This document shows, piece by piece, positions 13,590 through 26,399 of a stretch of DNA of 64,000 nucleotides. The stretch spans positions 78,414,835 to 78,478,834 of the forward strand of contig NC_081356.1 of NCBI RefSeq assembly GCF_030684315.1, read 5' to 3'. The stretch is from Stegostoma tigrinum. Lineage: Eukaryota. Position 1 is the first letter of the stretch, and each line of letters opens with the position of its first letter. A program made the position numbers and the translations under genes. The notes under the pieces were generated by a model. The model worked only from the letters and a program-made list of their open reading frames with translations, did no database searches and was not told where the DNA came from.

Positions 13590-16500
13590 ACTGTTTATGG
13601 TAATCAGAGATGGAAGATGGGAAAGAAACTGTTGCTGTAAGAGCTGCTCCTTTTTTTGAGGTATTTTCAGTGTTGGAGCTGAACTCCAGTCTGAATTCCA
13701 GGGGCAGTAATTACTGTTTTATAAGCTGCGGCATTATTTTAGAAATTTGGCTACAAAAGATCAAAACAACAGCACTTCAAAAAAAGGAGGAAGGGAGACA
13801 AAGGTAGTGACCACATGGTAGGAAGTGAATCAACTGAGAAAGAATCCTACACAGCTGTCTGACCCAGCAATGAACCTTCACAGCTAGTGACTCTGCTGTT
13901 TGATTTCAAGTATCTCTGGAAGCAGGAATTCATCCAAGAAAGTAAACAAACAGTGAAATTCACAGCTGACCTCGGAGAAACATGTGTGGAGAGCTCACAG
14001 CAGAAGAGCAGCTAAGCTGCTAGCTGTTTTTTTTTGTAAATCTACAATAGTGAGTATAGTGGGTTCTTTTTGATTATATGTTTTTAATTGAGATCTGTCT
14101 CTTGATTAAACTTTAAAAATATAAAACATAGGTAATAAGTTAGCCTGGAGCAGAGGTTTTGGAGCAATAAGACTGCACTATTTTCTGGGTCTGTAGATTG
14201 TTAAGTTGGCCTTTAGGAGAGTGATGTGTTCTTCCTGCCGGATGTGGGCGATTAGGGAGACTTTCCATGATACTGACGATTATGTCTGTAGGAAGTATGT
14301 TTAGTTGCGAATCCTATTGGATCACATGGATTGGTTGGAGCGGCAGTTAGAAACAATAGAAATTTGCAGGAGCAAATGTGATGGATGGCAGTTGCACGAA
14401 GGGAGATAAATTGAAGATACAGGCAGAGAGAAAGTTGACCTATAGGAAGGGTAGGAGAGGGAGTCAGGTCATGCAGGAGTCTCCTGTGGCTACCCCTATC
14501 TCAAGCAAGTATGCTGCTCTGGAGAATGTAGGGGTTGATTGTCTATCAGGGTAATGTAGCATCGACAGCCAGGTTTCTGGTACTGAGACTGGCTGTAATG
14601 TAACGAGAGGTACGCCAGGTTCCAATCAGTCGATTGTGATCGGGGACTCTAGTCAGACCACAGACAAATGTTTCTGCAGACAGCAGAGAGACATTAGAAT
14701 GGTGTGTTGCATCCCTGGTTCCAGGTTCAAGGATGTCTCAGAGAGGGTACAGAATATTAGCCGGAGGTCATTGTACACATTGGAACTAATGACATAGGAA
14801 GAAATAAGGATGAAATTCTAAGGAGAGAATATAGGAAGTTAGGTAGGGATTTATAAAGGAAGTCCTTGAGCGTAGTAATATCTGGATTATTCACAGTGCC
14901 ATGAGCTAGTGAGGGTAGGAATAGGAGGATATAACAGATGAATGCATGGCTGAGGAGCTGGTATGGGGAGAAGAATTCACATTTTTGGATCATTAGAATC
15001 TCTTCTGGGGTAGAAGTGACCTATATAAGGAAAGCTTGCACCTGAATTGGAAGGGGACTAATATACTGGCAGGGAGATTTGCAAGAGTTGTTTGGGAGGA
15101 TTGAAACCAGGAAGGGAATTATTGAGGACAGAGAGCAGTCTGAGGCTGATACAGCTGGGAAAAGGAGTAAGTCAAACAGTCATGGTAGGCACGGACAAAG
15201 CAGAGAATGAGGTGGGACTGATAAATTAAACTGCATTTATTTCAGTACAAGAGGACTAACAGGTAAAGAAGATGAGTTGACGGCATGGTTGGGAACATGG
15301 GACTGGGATATCATAGCAATTACAGAAATATGGCTCAGGGAAAGACAGGACTGGCAGCTTCATGTTCCAGGGCATAGATGTTATATCAAGGATAGAAAGA
15401 TGAGCAAGAAAGGAGGGGGATTGGTGCTTGTCATTAAGGATAACCTTACTGCTGTACTTGGGGAAGATATTCCTGGGAATACGCCTGGGGGAGATATTTA
15501 GGTGGATCTGAGAAATAAGAAAGGGATGATCATTTTATTGGAATTGTACTATATACCCCCCAGTAGTCAGTGGGAAATTGAGAAACAAGTTTGTAAGGAG
15601 GTTTCAGTTATCTGTGAGAATAATCGGGTAGTTATTGTGGGGGATTTTAATAAACATAGACTGAATTGCTAGTGTTAAGGGCTTGAATGGAGAGGGATTT
15701 GTTAAAGGTGCACAAGAAAATTTTCTGATTCAGTATATGGATGTACCTAGAAGATGTACAATATAGGGAAATTAATAATGACATCTTAGAAAATGTCCAT
15801 ATTACAGAGGGGGAAGGTATTGGACATCTTAAAATGCATAAAGGTGGATAAATCCCCGGACCTGATCAGGTGTACCCTAGAACTTTGTTTGAAGCAAGGG
15901 AGGAGATTGCTGGACATTGAGATGTTTGTATCATTGATAGTCACAGGTAATGTGCCAGAAGACTGGAGGTTGACTAATGTCATGTCACTATTCAAGAAAG
16001 GTGATAAGGAAAAGCTAGGGAACTATAAACCAGTGAGACTGACACCATTGGCGGGAGAGTTGTTGGAGGGAATCCCGAGGGTGAAGATTTACATGTGTTT
16101 GGAAAGGTAAAGACTGATTAGGATAATCAACGCGGCTTTGTGTGGGGCAAGTCATATCTCATTAACCTGATTGAGTTTTTTTGGAGAAGTAATGAAGCGG
16201 ATTGATGAGGACAGGACAGTGGATGTGACCTAAAGGGAGAGGGCAAATAAGCTGGGGCTGTTTTCCCTGGAGCATTGAAGGATAAGGGGTGACTTTACAG
16301 AGGTGTATAAAATCATGAGTGGCACGGATAGGGTAAATTGAAAAGGCCTTTTCCCCAGGATAGGAAAGTCCAAAACTAGAGGGCATAGGGGAAAGGTATA
16401 AACAGGACTTAAGGGGCAACTTTTTCACACAGTGGGTGGAGCATATATGGAATGAGCTGCCGGAGGAAGTGTTGGAGGCAGGTACGATTACATTTAAAAG
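13590..16500 (+). mobile_element. Near full-span, internally deleted CR1 LINE (5'UTR, ORF1, ORF2 remnants)
   Basis: ORF1 zinc finger/zipper VMCSSCRMW..DDYVCRK..LERQLE (14221); esterase IVIGDS...VIVHIGTND (14630-14800); EN DIIAITEIWL, IVGDFN; RT PEDWRLTNVMSLFKKG..NYKPVRLT; C-terminal LGLFSLE; many stops. Confidence 0.92.
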
Positions 16501-16592
16501 GCAAACATCACTATTCCTGCTACATTAGACTAATCTCACAGAAACTGCAGTGTTTCGAACACGTACGCGGTAATGTGGAAATCCAAAACTTG

Positions 16593-17810
16593 CCAATGGT
16601 ATCAATGTGGACTTCACAAGCTTCAAAATCTCCCCTTCCCCTATTGCATCCCAAAACCAGCCCAGCTCGTCCTAGATAATAAAGTGTGAAGCTGGATGAA
16701 CACAGTAGGCCAAGCAGCATCTCAGGAGCACAAAAGCTGACGTTTCGGGCCTAGACCCTTCATCAGAGAGGGGGATGGGGTGAGGGTTCTGGAATAAATA
16801 GGGAGAGAGGGGGAGGCAGACCGAAGTTGGAGAGAAAAGAAGATAGGTGGAGAGGAGAGTACAGGTGGGGAGGTAGGGAGGGGATAGGTCAGTCCAGGGA
16901 AGACGGACAGGACAAGGAGGTAGGATGAGGTTAGTAGGTAGGAGATGGAGGTGCGGCTTGGGATGGGAGGAAGGGATGGGTGAGAGGAAGAACAGGTTAG
17001 GGAGGCAGAGGCAGGCTGGGCTGGTTTTGGGATGTGGTGGGGGAAGGGGACGAACTGGGCTGGTTTTGGGATGCGGTGGGGGAAGGGGAGATTTTGAAGC
17101 TGGTGAAGTCCACATTGATACCATTGGGCTGCGGGGTTCCCAAGCGGAATATGAGTTGCTGTTCCTGCAACCTTCGGGTGGCATCATTGTGGCACTGCAG
17201 GAGACCTATGATCAGTGCCACAATGATGCCACCTGAAGGTCGCAGGAACAGCAACTCATATTCCGCTTGGGAACTCCGCAGCCCAATGGTATCAATGTGG
17301 ACTTCACCAGCTTCAAAATCTCCCCTTCCTCCACCGCATCCCAAAACCAGCCCAGTTCATCCCCTCCCCCCACTGCACCACACAACCAGCCCAGCTCTTC
17401 CCCTCCCCCCACTGCATCCCAAAACCAGCCCAGCCTGTCTCTGCCTCCCTAACCTGTTCTTCCTCTCATCCATCCCTTCCTCCCAACCCAAGCCGCACCT
17501 CCATCTCCTACCTACTAACCTCATCCCACCTCCTTGACCTGTCCGTCTTCCCTGGACTGACCTATCCCCTCCCTACCTCCCCACCTAAACTCTCCTCTCC
17601 ACCTATCTTCTTTTCTATCCATCTTCGGTCTGCCTCCCCCTCTCTCCCTATTTATTTCAGAACCCTCTCCCCTTCCCCCTCTCTGATGAAGGGTCTAGGC
17701 CCAAAACGTCAGCTTTTGTGCTCCTGAGATGCTGCTTGGCCTGTTGTGTTCATCCAGCTGCACACTTTGTTATCTTGGATTCTCCAGCATCTGCAGTTCC
17801 CATTATCTCT
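16593..17810. mobile_element. Penelope-like element: head-to-head inverted pLTR pair plus a short extra fragment
   Basis: Minus arm 16674-17197 mirrors plus arm from 17213 (15-nt loop); encodes GIY-YIG C-terminus LLQCHNDATRRLQEQQLIFRLGTPQPNGINVDF; hammerhead cores at 16739-16766 (-, intact) and 17683-17710 (+, GAAA>AAAA). Confidence 0.9.
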
Positions 17811-18200
17811 TGCTTTTAATTAGTCTATTCTCCTCTAGAGGGTACACAGTAGAACGACAATGTCCTTTGCAGTTATGATTTGATGAAGAGTTAACTTTCT
17901 TTGCTGTTAGTCTCACTGTAAAAATTTTTGTAACAGAATGTTATGAACAAAGTTTTGAATAGCAAGTTAACTACAGATTTACTGTGGAACAACCTTATTG
18001 GCTCTGAAAAGTACATTTTGTATTTGTGAATTTCAAATCCTTGTATAATAATGAAAGAAAAACATACATTTAAAAACTATTTTAAAACTTTTTTAGCCTT
18101 TTATCCTAAGCATTGTTATTTATCTTGAAATCTAAAAACTTCCACTAAAAGTGAAGGACGTTAACTGCTTTTATCCTCCTGGTTCACTATTGATGGTGTT

Positions 18201-18472
18201 GCGGTGGCTCAGTAGTTAGCACTGTCAGGACCTGGATTTGATTCCAGCCTTGGGCAACTGCTTGTGTGGAGTTTGTACATTCTCCCCATCCCTGCATGGG
18301 TTTCCTCTGGGTGCTCCAGTTTCTTCCCAAAGCTCAAAGATGTGCAGTCTGGGTTGATTAGCCATAAGAAGTACAGGGGTGTGGGATGGGGGAATGGAGT
18401 ATGGGTGGGATGCTTGTCAAAGCATTGGTGTGGACTGCACGAGCTGAATAGCCACACTTTAGGAATTCTATG
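18201..18472 (+). mobile_element. HE1-type SINE
   Basis: 'gcggtggctcagtagttagcact...gtgtggagtttgtacattctcccc...ggaattctatg'. Confidence 0.85.
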
Positions 18473-20529
18473 ACTCCTTATCTCCTTTCTTACATCATTG
18501 ATGCTTGACTGGGTACCAGCTTTAAACTGGTGTTGGGAAAAGGAAAGAAAAACATAGTGCAGAGATTGACAGCTCTTGATAGCTTTCTTCAAAGTTAATA
18601 ATGAATGCCCTTGCTTCATCACTGACTACAAAATCAAGACCAATGACAGCTTTGGTCACAGGACAAAGCAAAGTGCATCACTGTAAAATATAATGAATGC
18701 TAGAGGTAGATTAATTATCTTGTTGGCAAATAGGAACAAAAATATGGAATATGCAAATCAATCCTATCTGTATATACTTCCAATAGATTGGAGTTCACCT
18801 GACTGTTCTACTATTAAATCATTTTATAAAACAAACCCAACATGATTTATACCCTTCTAACTTCCTTTTTAATTTAATTATGACTTGGTTCATCAGTTGA
18901 GAACTATTTTGGAATCTGAAACAAAAGAAGGCAAAAAGAATCCATCACTTAAAGTCTTCAATCTGCTTAGGAAAGATCTGTTTTAGAATTGACAGTTTGA
19001 AGCCTGGCAGTGTTGAATAGTTCATTACTTTAATGAATGTGATTTAATCTTCCAAGTATTTTGACTGTCTAGCAATTATGTGAGCATTGAAAATATAAAT
19101 GAAATTATCACAGCACAAAATAGTTCCCAGAAAATGCATCTGGCCCTAATAAATAGAAAATTACTATTACAGATTTTGCATTAGAATGCCAAGGATAGAA
19201 GACATCATTACACAAAAAAAGTTACTGCCTTTCATAAACTGATATAAATTTACAAGAAGCAGAGCAAACTGATTTCAAGCAAAGTTCATTTAAAGGACAA
19301 TTTCAATTAAAAATAGTTTCAAAATGAATTCATATTCACCACTTGCAGTAAATGTTTTCTGTTCTTAGCTGAGTTTGAATCCTAGTTTCGCCATTATATG
19401 TTGTCTGGATCAAAAAATGGCCATTATACCCTTAGCAGCCAGATAACCCAACTACAACCAGGACTGCCATCTAATTGTATGTGGTGACTGCCCTCCCAAA
19501 GCTATGGCCAATCAATATTAGAAGGGGTCATTTCTGTGACTGCAAAGAACTAGAGGGACATCTCCATACTGAGGCCAGATAAGTGTTTCCTTTAAACCAG
19601 GCTAGGTAAGGCAGGTGGCCTCAATGTTCAGGGACAGTGTGTGTTATCCACAAGGATCCTGTTGTTGTTGCGGGTGGGGGGGAATGGCAGTGGCCCTTCT
19701 TAGGTCAGTGAGGGGCTACAAAGGAGGACTTCCACCAGGAAACTGCTAAGAGGATGCTAGAGTTCAACTAATATTCTCCCTATGCCATGGCTGCCCCTTC
19801 AAATACCGGGAAGTTGTCAGTCAGGGCAAAAAGTAATCATTAATTAGGCAATTAATTGGTTTATTTGGCTACCTGCCTTCTGTCAAAGATTAGCCATATT
19901 GTTGAGATTCCTGACTCTCAAAGTATCTTTTGGTGCTGGGAAGATAGCAAGCTGCCATCACAATACCTTCTCCCACCATTTTCCCGGGATTTATGTCTCC
20001 CAGCCTGTTTTCAAAGGGCCAGTAAAATCCAGTCCATTGCCTCAGTGACAGCATTCTCAGCATTAAATCAGAAGGGTATAGATCTACCAAGTACCAATCC
20101 AGAGCAGTATGCAAACAATCGAATTTGATGTTTAAAGATAGCATGAAGCAAGTGCTTCATTATCACGGGTGTCTTTTATCTGGCAAAAATAGTAGCCCTG
20201 TTAAATAGTAGCTATGAAAACTCTGTCAAGATGATATAAAACATTCCTGTTAGCCGAGGAGTGGAAGGAAAAATTAACATTGAAAGAGATTGATAAGCTG
20301 TGCATTAAACTGAGATTGATTCAAAATAGAATATTTAGAGCATTTGCTTAATTAAGTAAATTGTTCAAATCTGATTAGTTAATTGACTTTATACATGATA
20401 TACAAAATTCCTGGTGCATCAGTAAATGAAAATTACAGCTGTAGGTTGGATAAATGTGCCCTTGACTCAAATATTTAATATTAATGTTTTAAGTGGATGG
20501 AATTGTTTAGTTTATCTTTACTTTCTATA

Positions 20530-20960
20530 ATATCTGCAGACATACAATATCAGATAATGGTATTGTACGCAAACATAAGAAGGAAGCTATACATATTAAC
20601 ACACCAGAGACTGCTCTTTGCAGACAGAATGTACATGCCTACACAATGAACCTGTTTCAATTCAACAGAAGGGTAATAGTTGTTTTTTTGTTTATTTCTC
20701 AGGGCAATGCCTTGACCAATCAGAGTCAATTTGCCTGATTTAAACAAAGCTCAACATTTAACTGTCAGTTATCATTAACTGGTGTATTATCCATGGTGAT
20801 ACCTTTCCCAGAGTCCACTCGCCAACCAGTCAGCACACTCCTCTCAAGTGTGTTTCCCTTTACATTGGTATTTCTTTTCAATTGCCCTGATAAGACAAAA
20901 AGCTTTGACAAAGTCTGTCTGATTTCAATACGCACATTCTGGCCTTCCAAACGACTATTT
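20530..20960 (+). mobile_element. Probable PLE 3' region of a third family, degenerate
   Basis: 'cagggcaatgccttgaccaatcagagtc...cctgataagacaaaaagctttgac...ccaaacgactattt' resembles a shark PLE tail as I recall it; decayed CTGATGA...GAAA motif. Confidence 0.45.
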
Positions 20961-20964
20961 GTAT

Positions 20965-21250
20965 GAAGTCACTAAAATATTGAGTTAGTTCTTATGACCA
21001 CAGTATAAAACGGTAGTGGTTTTGCTACAGCTGTACAAAAACATGTTAGACCTGTAAAATACTGTGTACAGCCTGGATAGTACAGCACCCAAGAATAAAC
21101 TATAGGAAAGAGCACAGCACAGAATTTTCAGAATTTTTCCAGGATTCCATGGTTTAGGTTATGAGTAGAAATCATATAAGCAATACATGTATTCCGTTGA
21201 AGATCAGATTAGTCTTCTTAGAACTTTGAAAGGAATTGAGGTAGAGAGAC
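20965..21250 (+). mobile_element. CR1 LINE fragment
   Basis: 'ctacagctgtacaaaa...gttagacc...aatactgtgtacag...gaaagagcacagcacaga' resembles the CR1 ORF2 C-terminal region. Confidence 0.55.
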
Positions 21251-22067
21251 AGAGAGAGAGAGAAGGCTTTTCTGAATAGAATAAAATATCCCTTATTGTT
21301 GCATGTACTCCATTGTAGAAGTTCAATGAAAAGCTTTTACAATGTCTGCCTCCTTTTGGCACTATCTCAGGTACAAGTACCTAGGTACAAATCATGGATA
21401 CAAAAGAGAAATAAAAAGTAGTTGCATTACTTTGCAGAGTATAAAAAATAAGTTAGAAATAAGATATCATTAAATGATTGACATTACAGTTAGGTAAAAA
21501 GAAACTCCAAATAAACATTACATTGCAGCAGCTTAGCACATGGCCTCTAAATGTAGTCTGACCACTCGCGCCAGATCCCAGTCCAACAGCCATCCCTGCT
21601 CCACTCCAATCCCTCAGTCTGCTCCGTACCGGCACTCAGCAGCTCCAAGGTAAGTTCCAGGACTGCCTCACCCGTGCCAGTCTCCACCCAGAGTCACTGC
21701 CTGCACCTGCCGCTGTTCCACAATTCACCTCCGGGGCTAAAGGGAGAGAAAAAGAGAAAAACTGCCAATGACATAAGGAGGTATGACCTTTAAATCTAAG
21801 CCATGCCATTCTGGACAGAAGCAAGGAACCACTTCTTCATGAAAAGTTCAACAGCGGTCACCCATAAATGTTGATAGTGGGGCATTCAGAAATATTGGTA
21901 CCATTGAACGCCGGGGGAGATGGTTAGATGCCCTCTTGTCGTAAGTGATACCTACCTAGAACTCGTGTAACCTAAAAGTTATTTCCCACTTATCAGTCCG
22001 GGTGTGCTGTACGTGAACACAAATTATTTCAGTATCTGAGATGTTGTGAATGGTTATGAACACCGTG

Positions 22068-22645
22068 AATTTCTGGATGTGAGTTTGTTCGCTGAGCTGG
22101 AAGGTTCGTTTTCAGATGTTACGTCACCATTCTAGGTAACATCATTAGTGAGCCTCCAATGAAGCGCTGGTGTTATGTCCCGCTTTCTATTTATCTGGTT
22201 AGGTTTCCTTGGGTTGGTGATGTCATTTCCTGTTCTTTTTCTCAGAGGATGGTAGATTGGCACCAAATCAATGTATTTGTTGATGGAGTTCCGGTTGGAA
22301 TGCTATGCTTCTAGGAATTCTCATGCATGTCTCTGTTTGGCTTGTCCTAGGTTGGATGTGTTGTCCCAATCAAAGTGGTGTCCTTCCTCATCTGTATGTA
22401 AGGATACTAGTGATAGTGGGTCATGTCGTTTTGAGGCTAGTTGATGTTCATGTATCCTGGTGGCTAGCTTTCTGGCGATAGACCCGACCCCACAACTAGA
22501 GAACCGAATCACAGCCTCCAACTGGAGGCTCACTGATGATGTTACCTAGAATGGTGACAAAACGTCTGAAAACTAACCTTCCAGCTCAGCGAGCAAACTC
22601 ATATCCAGAAACTCAACCTGAGCTACAAATCTTCTCAAAGCTCGC
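22068..22645 (-). mobile_element. Penelope-like element with GIY-YIG endonuclease fragment and inverted terminal copy
   Basis: ORF 22321-22533 contains RKLATRIHEHQLASKRHDPLSLVSLHTDEEGHHFDWDN; ~22068-22157 is the inverse of ~22524-22612; hammerhead-like CTGATGA-T-GTTACC..GGTGAC-AAAA-CGTC at 22533. Confidence 0.9.
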
Positions 22646-22659
22646 GAACACTGTAAATT

Positions 22660-22805
22660 CATCAGGAAATGTTGTTGACCGTACATTGGAGGGAAGGTCA
22701 TTGATAAAGCATTTGTAAATTCTTGGGTCTAGAACACTACACTGATGAACTCCAGAAGTGACGTTTTGGAGCTGTATGGTTGACCTCCAAAACTACAACC
22801 ACCTT
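22660..22805 (-). mobile_element. LINE RT fragment
   Basis: Antisense reads GVHQCSVLDPRIYKCFINDLP, a decayed GVPQGSVLGP...FINDLP motif. Confidence 0.65.
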
Positions 22806-22813
22806 ATAGTGAC

Positions 22814-23043
22814 TGTCATGAAGTTAGCCAGGTTGACCTCATAGAATATGAGTTCTCTGATTGGGGCTGTTAGCCTGGTCCAATCAGGGAGCTCTGGGTG
22901 ACATAAAAAATATTGAGCGTGAAGGATACTGACTCTGGTGCCTGACTCTGTATGAGGCAGTACTATAGTTGTGGTCTGTTCAAGTTCATTCTTAAATAAA
23001 GGATGATTTGGTCACAGGATACTAGCCTCCATATGTTATTTCA
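22814..23043 (+). mobile_element. Short LTR (same family as 62560-62763)
   Basis: TG...CA ends; shared 'ttagccaggt.gacctcatag', CCAATC, AATAAA and 'gttatttca' with the second copy. Confidence 0.7.
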
Positions 23044-23454
23044 CACCTAACCACGTCAAAACAGAGCTACTTAAAGTGGAGCATGTGAAAAGCAATGTGA
23101 AGTAAATTCTATACTGTGAATTACAACAGCAAGTACGGGAAAAGTCTTGGCAGTGCAGAAGGGTCAGCAATAACAAAAAAGGGTAAAAGAACAAAAGCAA
23201 CCTGAAGAATAAAACAAAATACAGTGCGTTACTATCTGGAGTGTACTGTCTGAAAAGAAAGTGAAAGCAGAATGGGCAGAATCCCTAAACATGGAATATT
23301 AATGCAAAGGCCTAAACAGGCCATCAAATGGAATAAAGAAATAGAAAGGGAGGTGGAGCATTTTTTGACTATCTTCGAGGTCACCAAAATTCAAATTCAA
23401 GTTGGCAGTTTTTCAAAGAGATGTGTAAGAAAGACAAGACAATAATAGTAACAA

Positions 23455-23825
23455 GTTTGTCTCTGAGTCAGAAAGTTGTGTATTCATCTCCAATCCCAGC
23501 AACCTTGATGTTAGGCTGACTCTTTACAGTATTGAAGCCTTCCTTTGTATAAGGCATTAAACCAAGGTCCAATGTGTCCTCTCAGATGGATGGAGGGATC
23601 TAAGGCAACTTGAGGAATAGCAAAGGAGTTCTCTCACTGTTCTGTTCAATATTTATCCTTTGATAAATGTTATTCAAACTGGTTATCTGGTCTGGATTAT
23701 TGTGGGACTCTGCTGTGAGCAAACAAGTTGCCACTCTTCTATATTGTAACAGGAGCTATACCTCTGATAAGATATTGAATGGCTGTAGGATGCTCTACTA
23801 TAATAAAAGTGCAACTCAAGTGCAT
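23455..23825 (+). mobile_element. Deu-domain SINE (SacSINE1-like), degenerate
   Basis: 'ctgagtcagaaagttgtg', 'cattaaaccaaggtcc...ctctcagatggatg...ggagttctc...aatatttatcc' match the DeuSINE central domain as recalled. Confidence 0.65.
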
Positions 23826-24204
23826 TTGTACTTTTTTTCACTTAACTTCCTCATTTAAGACAACAGAGATGGATAACCAAATAATTATAAATCATTCATT
23901 CTTGTCAGTTTTGGACGCACACTTAAAAATCCATCATTCAATGTAAAATTAGTAAGGATTTGCAGATAGTTAGGTTGATCGAGGGTAGGAAGTGTGGATT
24001 TGTTAAAGGCATATCATATCTGATTGCATATTACCCAAGTTTAATTCTCTTTTTCTGATAAGACATATTTGCGGATAAGTTAACCTTAGACAGTTTAAGA
24101 TAAATCTTTCCAAAACTAGCAATTGACTTATGCATCAAATATAAAAGTAAACTTTTGTCATGGGTCTGGGCAATTGCCATTTTGAAATGTCATCCCACCA
24201 AACA

Positions 24205-24360
24205 AAACAACCCAAAGAACTGTGTAAGCTGAAAATCAGAAACAAAACCAGAAATTGCTGGAAAAACTGATAAAGGGTCACTGGGCTTAGAATGATAAAT
24301 CTGTTTTCTCACAATAGATGTTGCCAGACCTCCTGAATTATTTCAGCAATTTCAGATTTT
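24205..24360. mobile_element. Old palindromic PLE terminal pair
   Basis: 'aaaccagaaattgctggaaaaa' is inverse to 'tttcagcaatttcagattt'; decayed hammerhead 'ctgataaagggtcactggg'. Confidence 0.6.
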
Positions 24361-24655
24361 GACCCTGGATCCCATGCACCTTTACCTTCTTTATCAGTCC
24401 CCTTTGTCAAAAGCTTTGTTGAAATTTATAAAAACCACATCAACTGCCTAGCCTTATCTACACACCCAGTCATCTCCTCAAATAACTCTCATCAAGTTTG
24501 TTAGGCATGACCTCCCTCTGGCAAAGTCATGCCAACTATCCCTGATTATACCATGCCTCTCCAAGAGGGGATTAATTCTTTCCTTCAGAATTTTTTCCAA
24601 GTTTCCCATCATTGAAATGAGACTCACTGGTCTGTAATTCCCTGGTTTATGATTG
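24361..24655 (-). mobile_element. CR1 RT fragment
   Basis: KPGNYRPVSLISMMG.LEKILKERI..LERHGIIRDS.HDFARGRSCLTNL. Confidence 0.85.
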
Positions 24656-24999
24656 AAAGAAGTCGAATGATAAAGAAAGTATTGCAAGAGACAATTTATA
24701 GTTTATCACTTCTCAAGAGGGCACCTTCAAACCAATGTATAAAGAATGTATTAATTACTGTTAAGAATTATTTAACGTCTGCATGCAGGCTTTTGACAGC
24801 TCCGTCCACCTTGAAAGTTTGGGTTTTTGCAATTCATTACCAAAACATCTATATGACAAATGAGAAAAATAAGTTGTCTTGGATCTCATTTGTCTGTAAT
24901 TAACCATCTGTTTCATAATAAAATATGTTTTAATAACACTTGCTTTCCTTTCCCAAAGTTATAGGTCAGCCAAGCAACTATATGTTACACTGAAGCATA

Positions 25000-26160
25000 A
25001 TCACAGAATTGTTGAGAACAAAATGTGACCATTCAGCCCATCATTTGCATGCTGGCACTCCAAATGAGCAATTCACCTAGTACCATTACCCTTTTTACAT
25101 TTCAGATAATATTCTAGAAACTTCTTGAATGTCTTAATCTATGCTGCCTCCACCACACACACACAAAGTCAGTTCATTCATGTCTCCATTTTGCCAATTA
25201 TTTTATATCTGTGATCTCTGTTTCTCGGTCCTTCCACCAATAAGAACAGTTTCTCCCAATCAAATCTGTCCAGACTGCTCATGGTTTTGAGTATGTCTGT
25301 CACATTTCCTTTCAATCTTCCTTTGTCTAAGGAAAACTATCCCACTTCCTTGTTCTTGTGTAGATACAATCGGCCGAGTAGCCTCTTTCTGCCTTGTAAA
25401 ATTTTTGTGATTCTCCAGTCCACCTGCATAACTGAACTTCCTCATTCCGAGACCTCTTGAATATTTTCTGCATTTTCTCCCATACCTTCTCACCTCTCCC
25501 AAAGTTTGCCACCCATAACTGGATGCAACCTATCTGTTGAGGCTGATCCCGTGATCTATAAAGATTTGATGTAAGCTTCTGGATCTTGCAGTCTTTGACC
25601 GCATTTAACAAACATAAGATACTGTATGCATCATTCCCTCATCTCTCAACTTGTCTTGCCACATTCAACAGTTTACGTACACACTCACCCAGGACCCTCT
25701 TCTTCTGTAGCCCTTTTAGAATTGTATCCATACTTTGGCATTATATCAAAGTGTTTTTCCTACTGAAACATACCACATAATACTTTCTTGTTTCTCTCAT
25801 TTTCTTTTTCATTTCCCTTATCCACATAACTTAATCTCTACCTCTTTTGTCAGCCAGCTCTGGATTTGTTTGTCATATGCGTGAATATATCTTGACTGTG
25901 CCCTAGCTCTCAATTCTTTGAAGGTAGCCCATTTTTCTGTTATCAACCTACAATTCTAACTTCGATCCCAGGGTCCAATCTTATCCCCATTGAAGTTGGC
26001 TTCCACCAATTAATTATTCTTACCTGAAATTTTCTTTTTCCTTTTGCATAGCCAGCCTACATCTTATGATACAATAATCATTGTTCCCTAAATATTCTCC
26101 TTTGAAAAGTTAATCCATTTCTCAAGAACTAGGACTAGTAGTGCCTCCTTTACCAGAAAA
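25000..26160 (-). mobile_element. Mosaic of CR1 fragments
   Basis: Antisense CR1 tail ('tcacagaattg...ccattcagccc') and ORF2 C-terminal remnants (RPQQIGCIQLW, LRQRKIERK). Confidence 0.7.
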
Positions 26161-26399
26161 TCAGAGATTGTTTTTTTTTCTGACACATGTGTTCAGTGCA
26201 AATCCAACGCTTTCTAACTAAATGTTCCAGTTTAAGATCCAAACTGAGCCTATTCACTAAGTGTACACTATGACCTTGAAGTTTTGTGTGTATTCATGGC
26301 CAGTATTTGTATTTCTAATAATGGAAGGAGAGGGCTTTTAAGCCAGCTCACAAGACTCCGCTGGGATCCCTCAAATTTGTTTGAATCTTTAAACTACAC

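Noticed and set aside
16672-17537. Cluster of overlapping Pro/Gly-rich ORFs on both strands (also 53947-54641)
   Set aside because: Produced by the C-rich, stop-poor PLE pLTR and its inverted copy; only the GIY-YIG tail frame is meaningful
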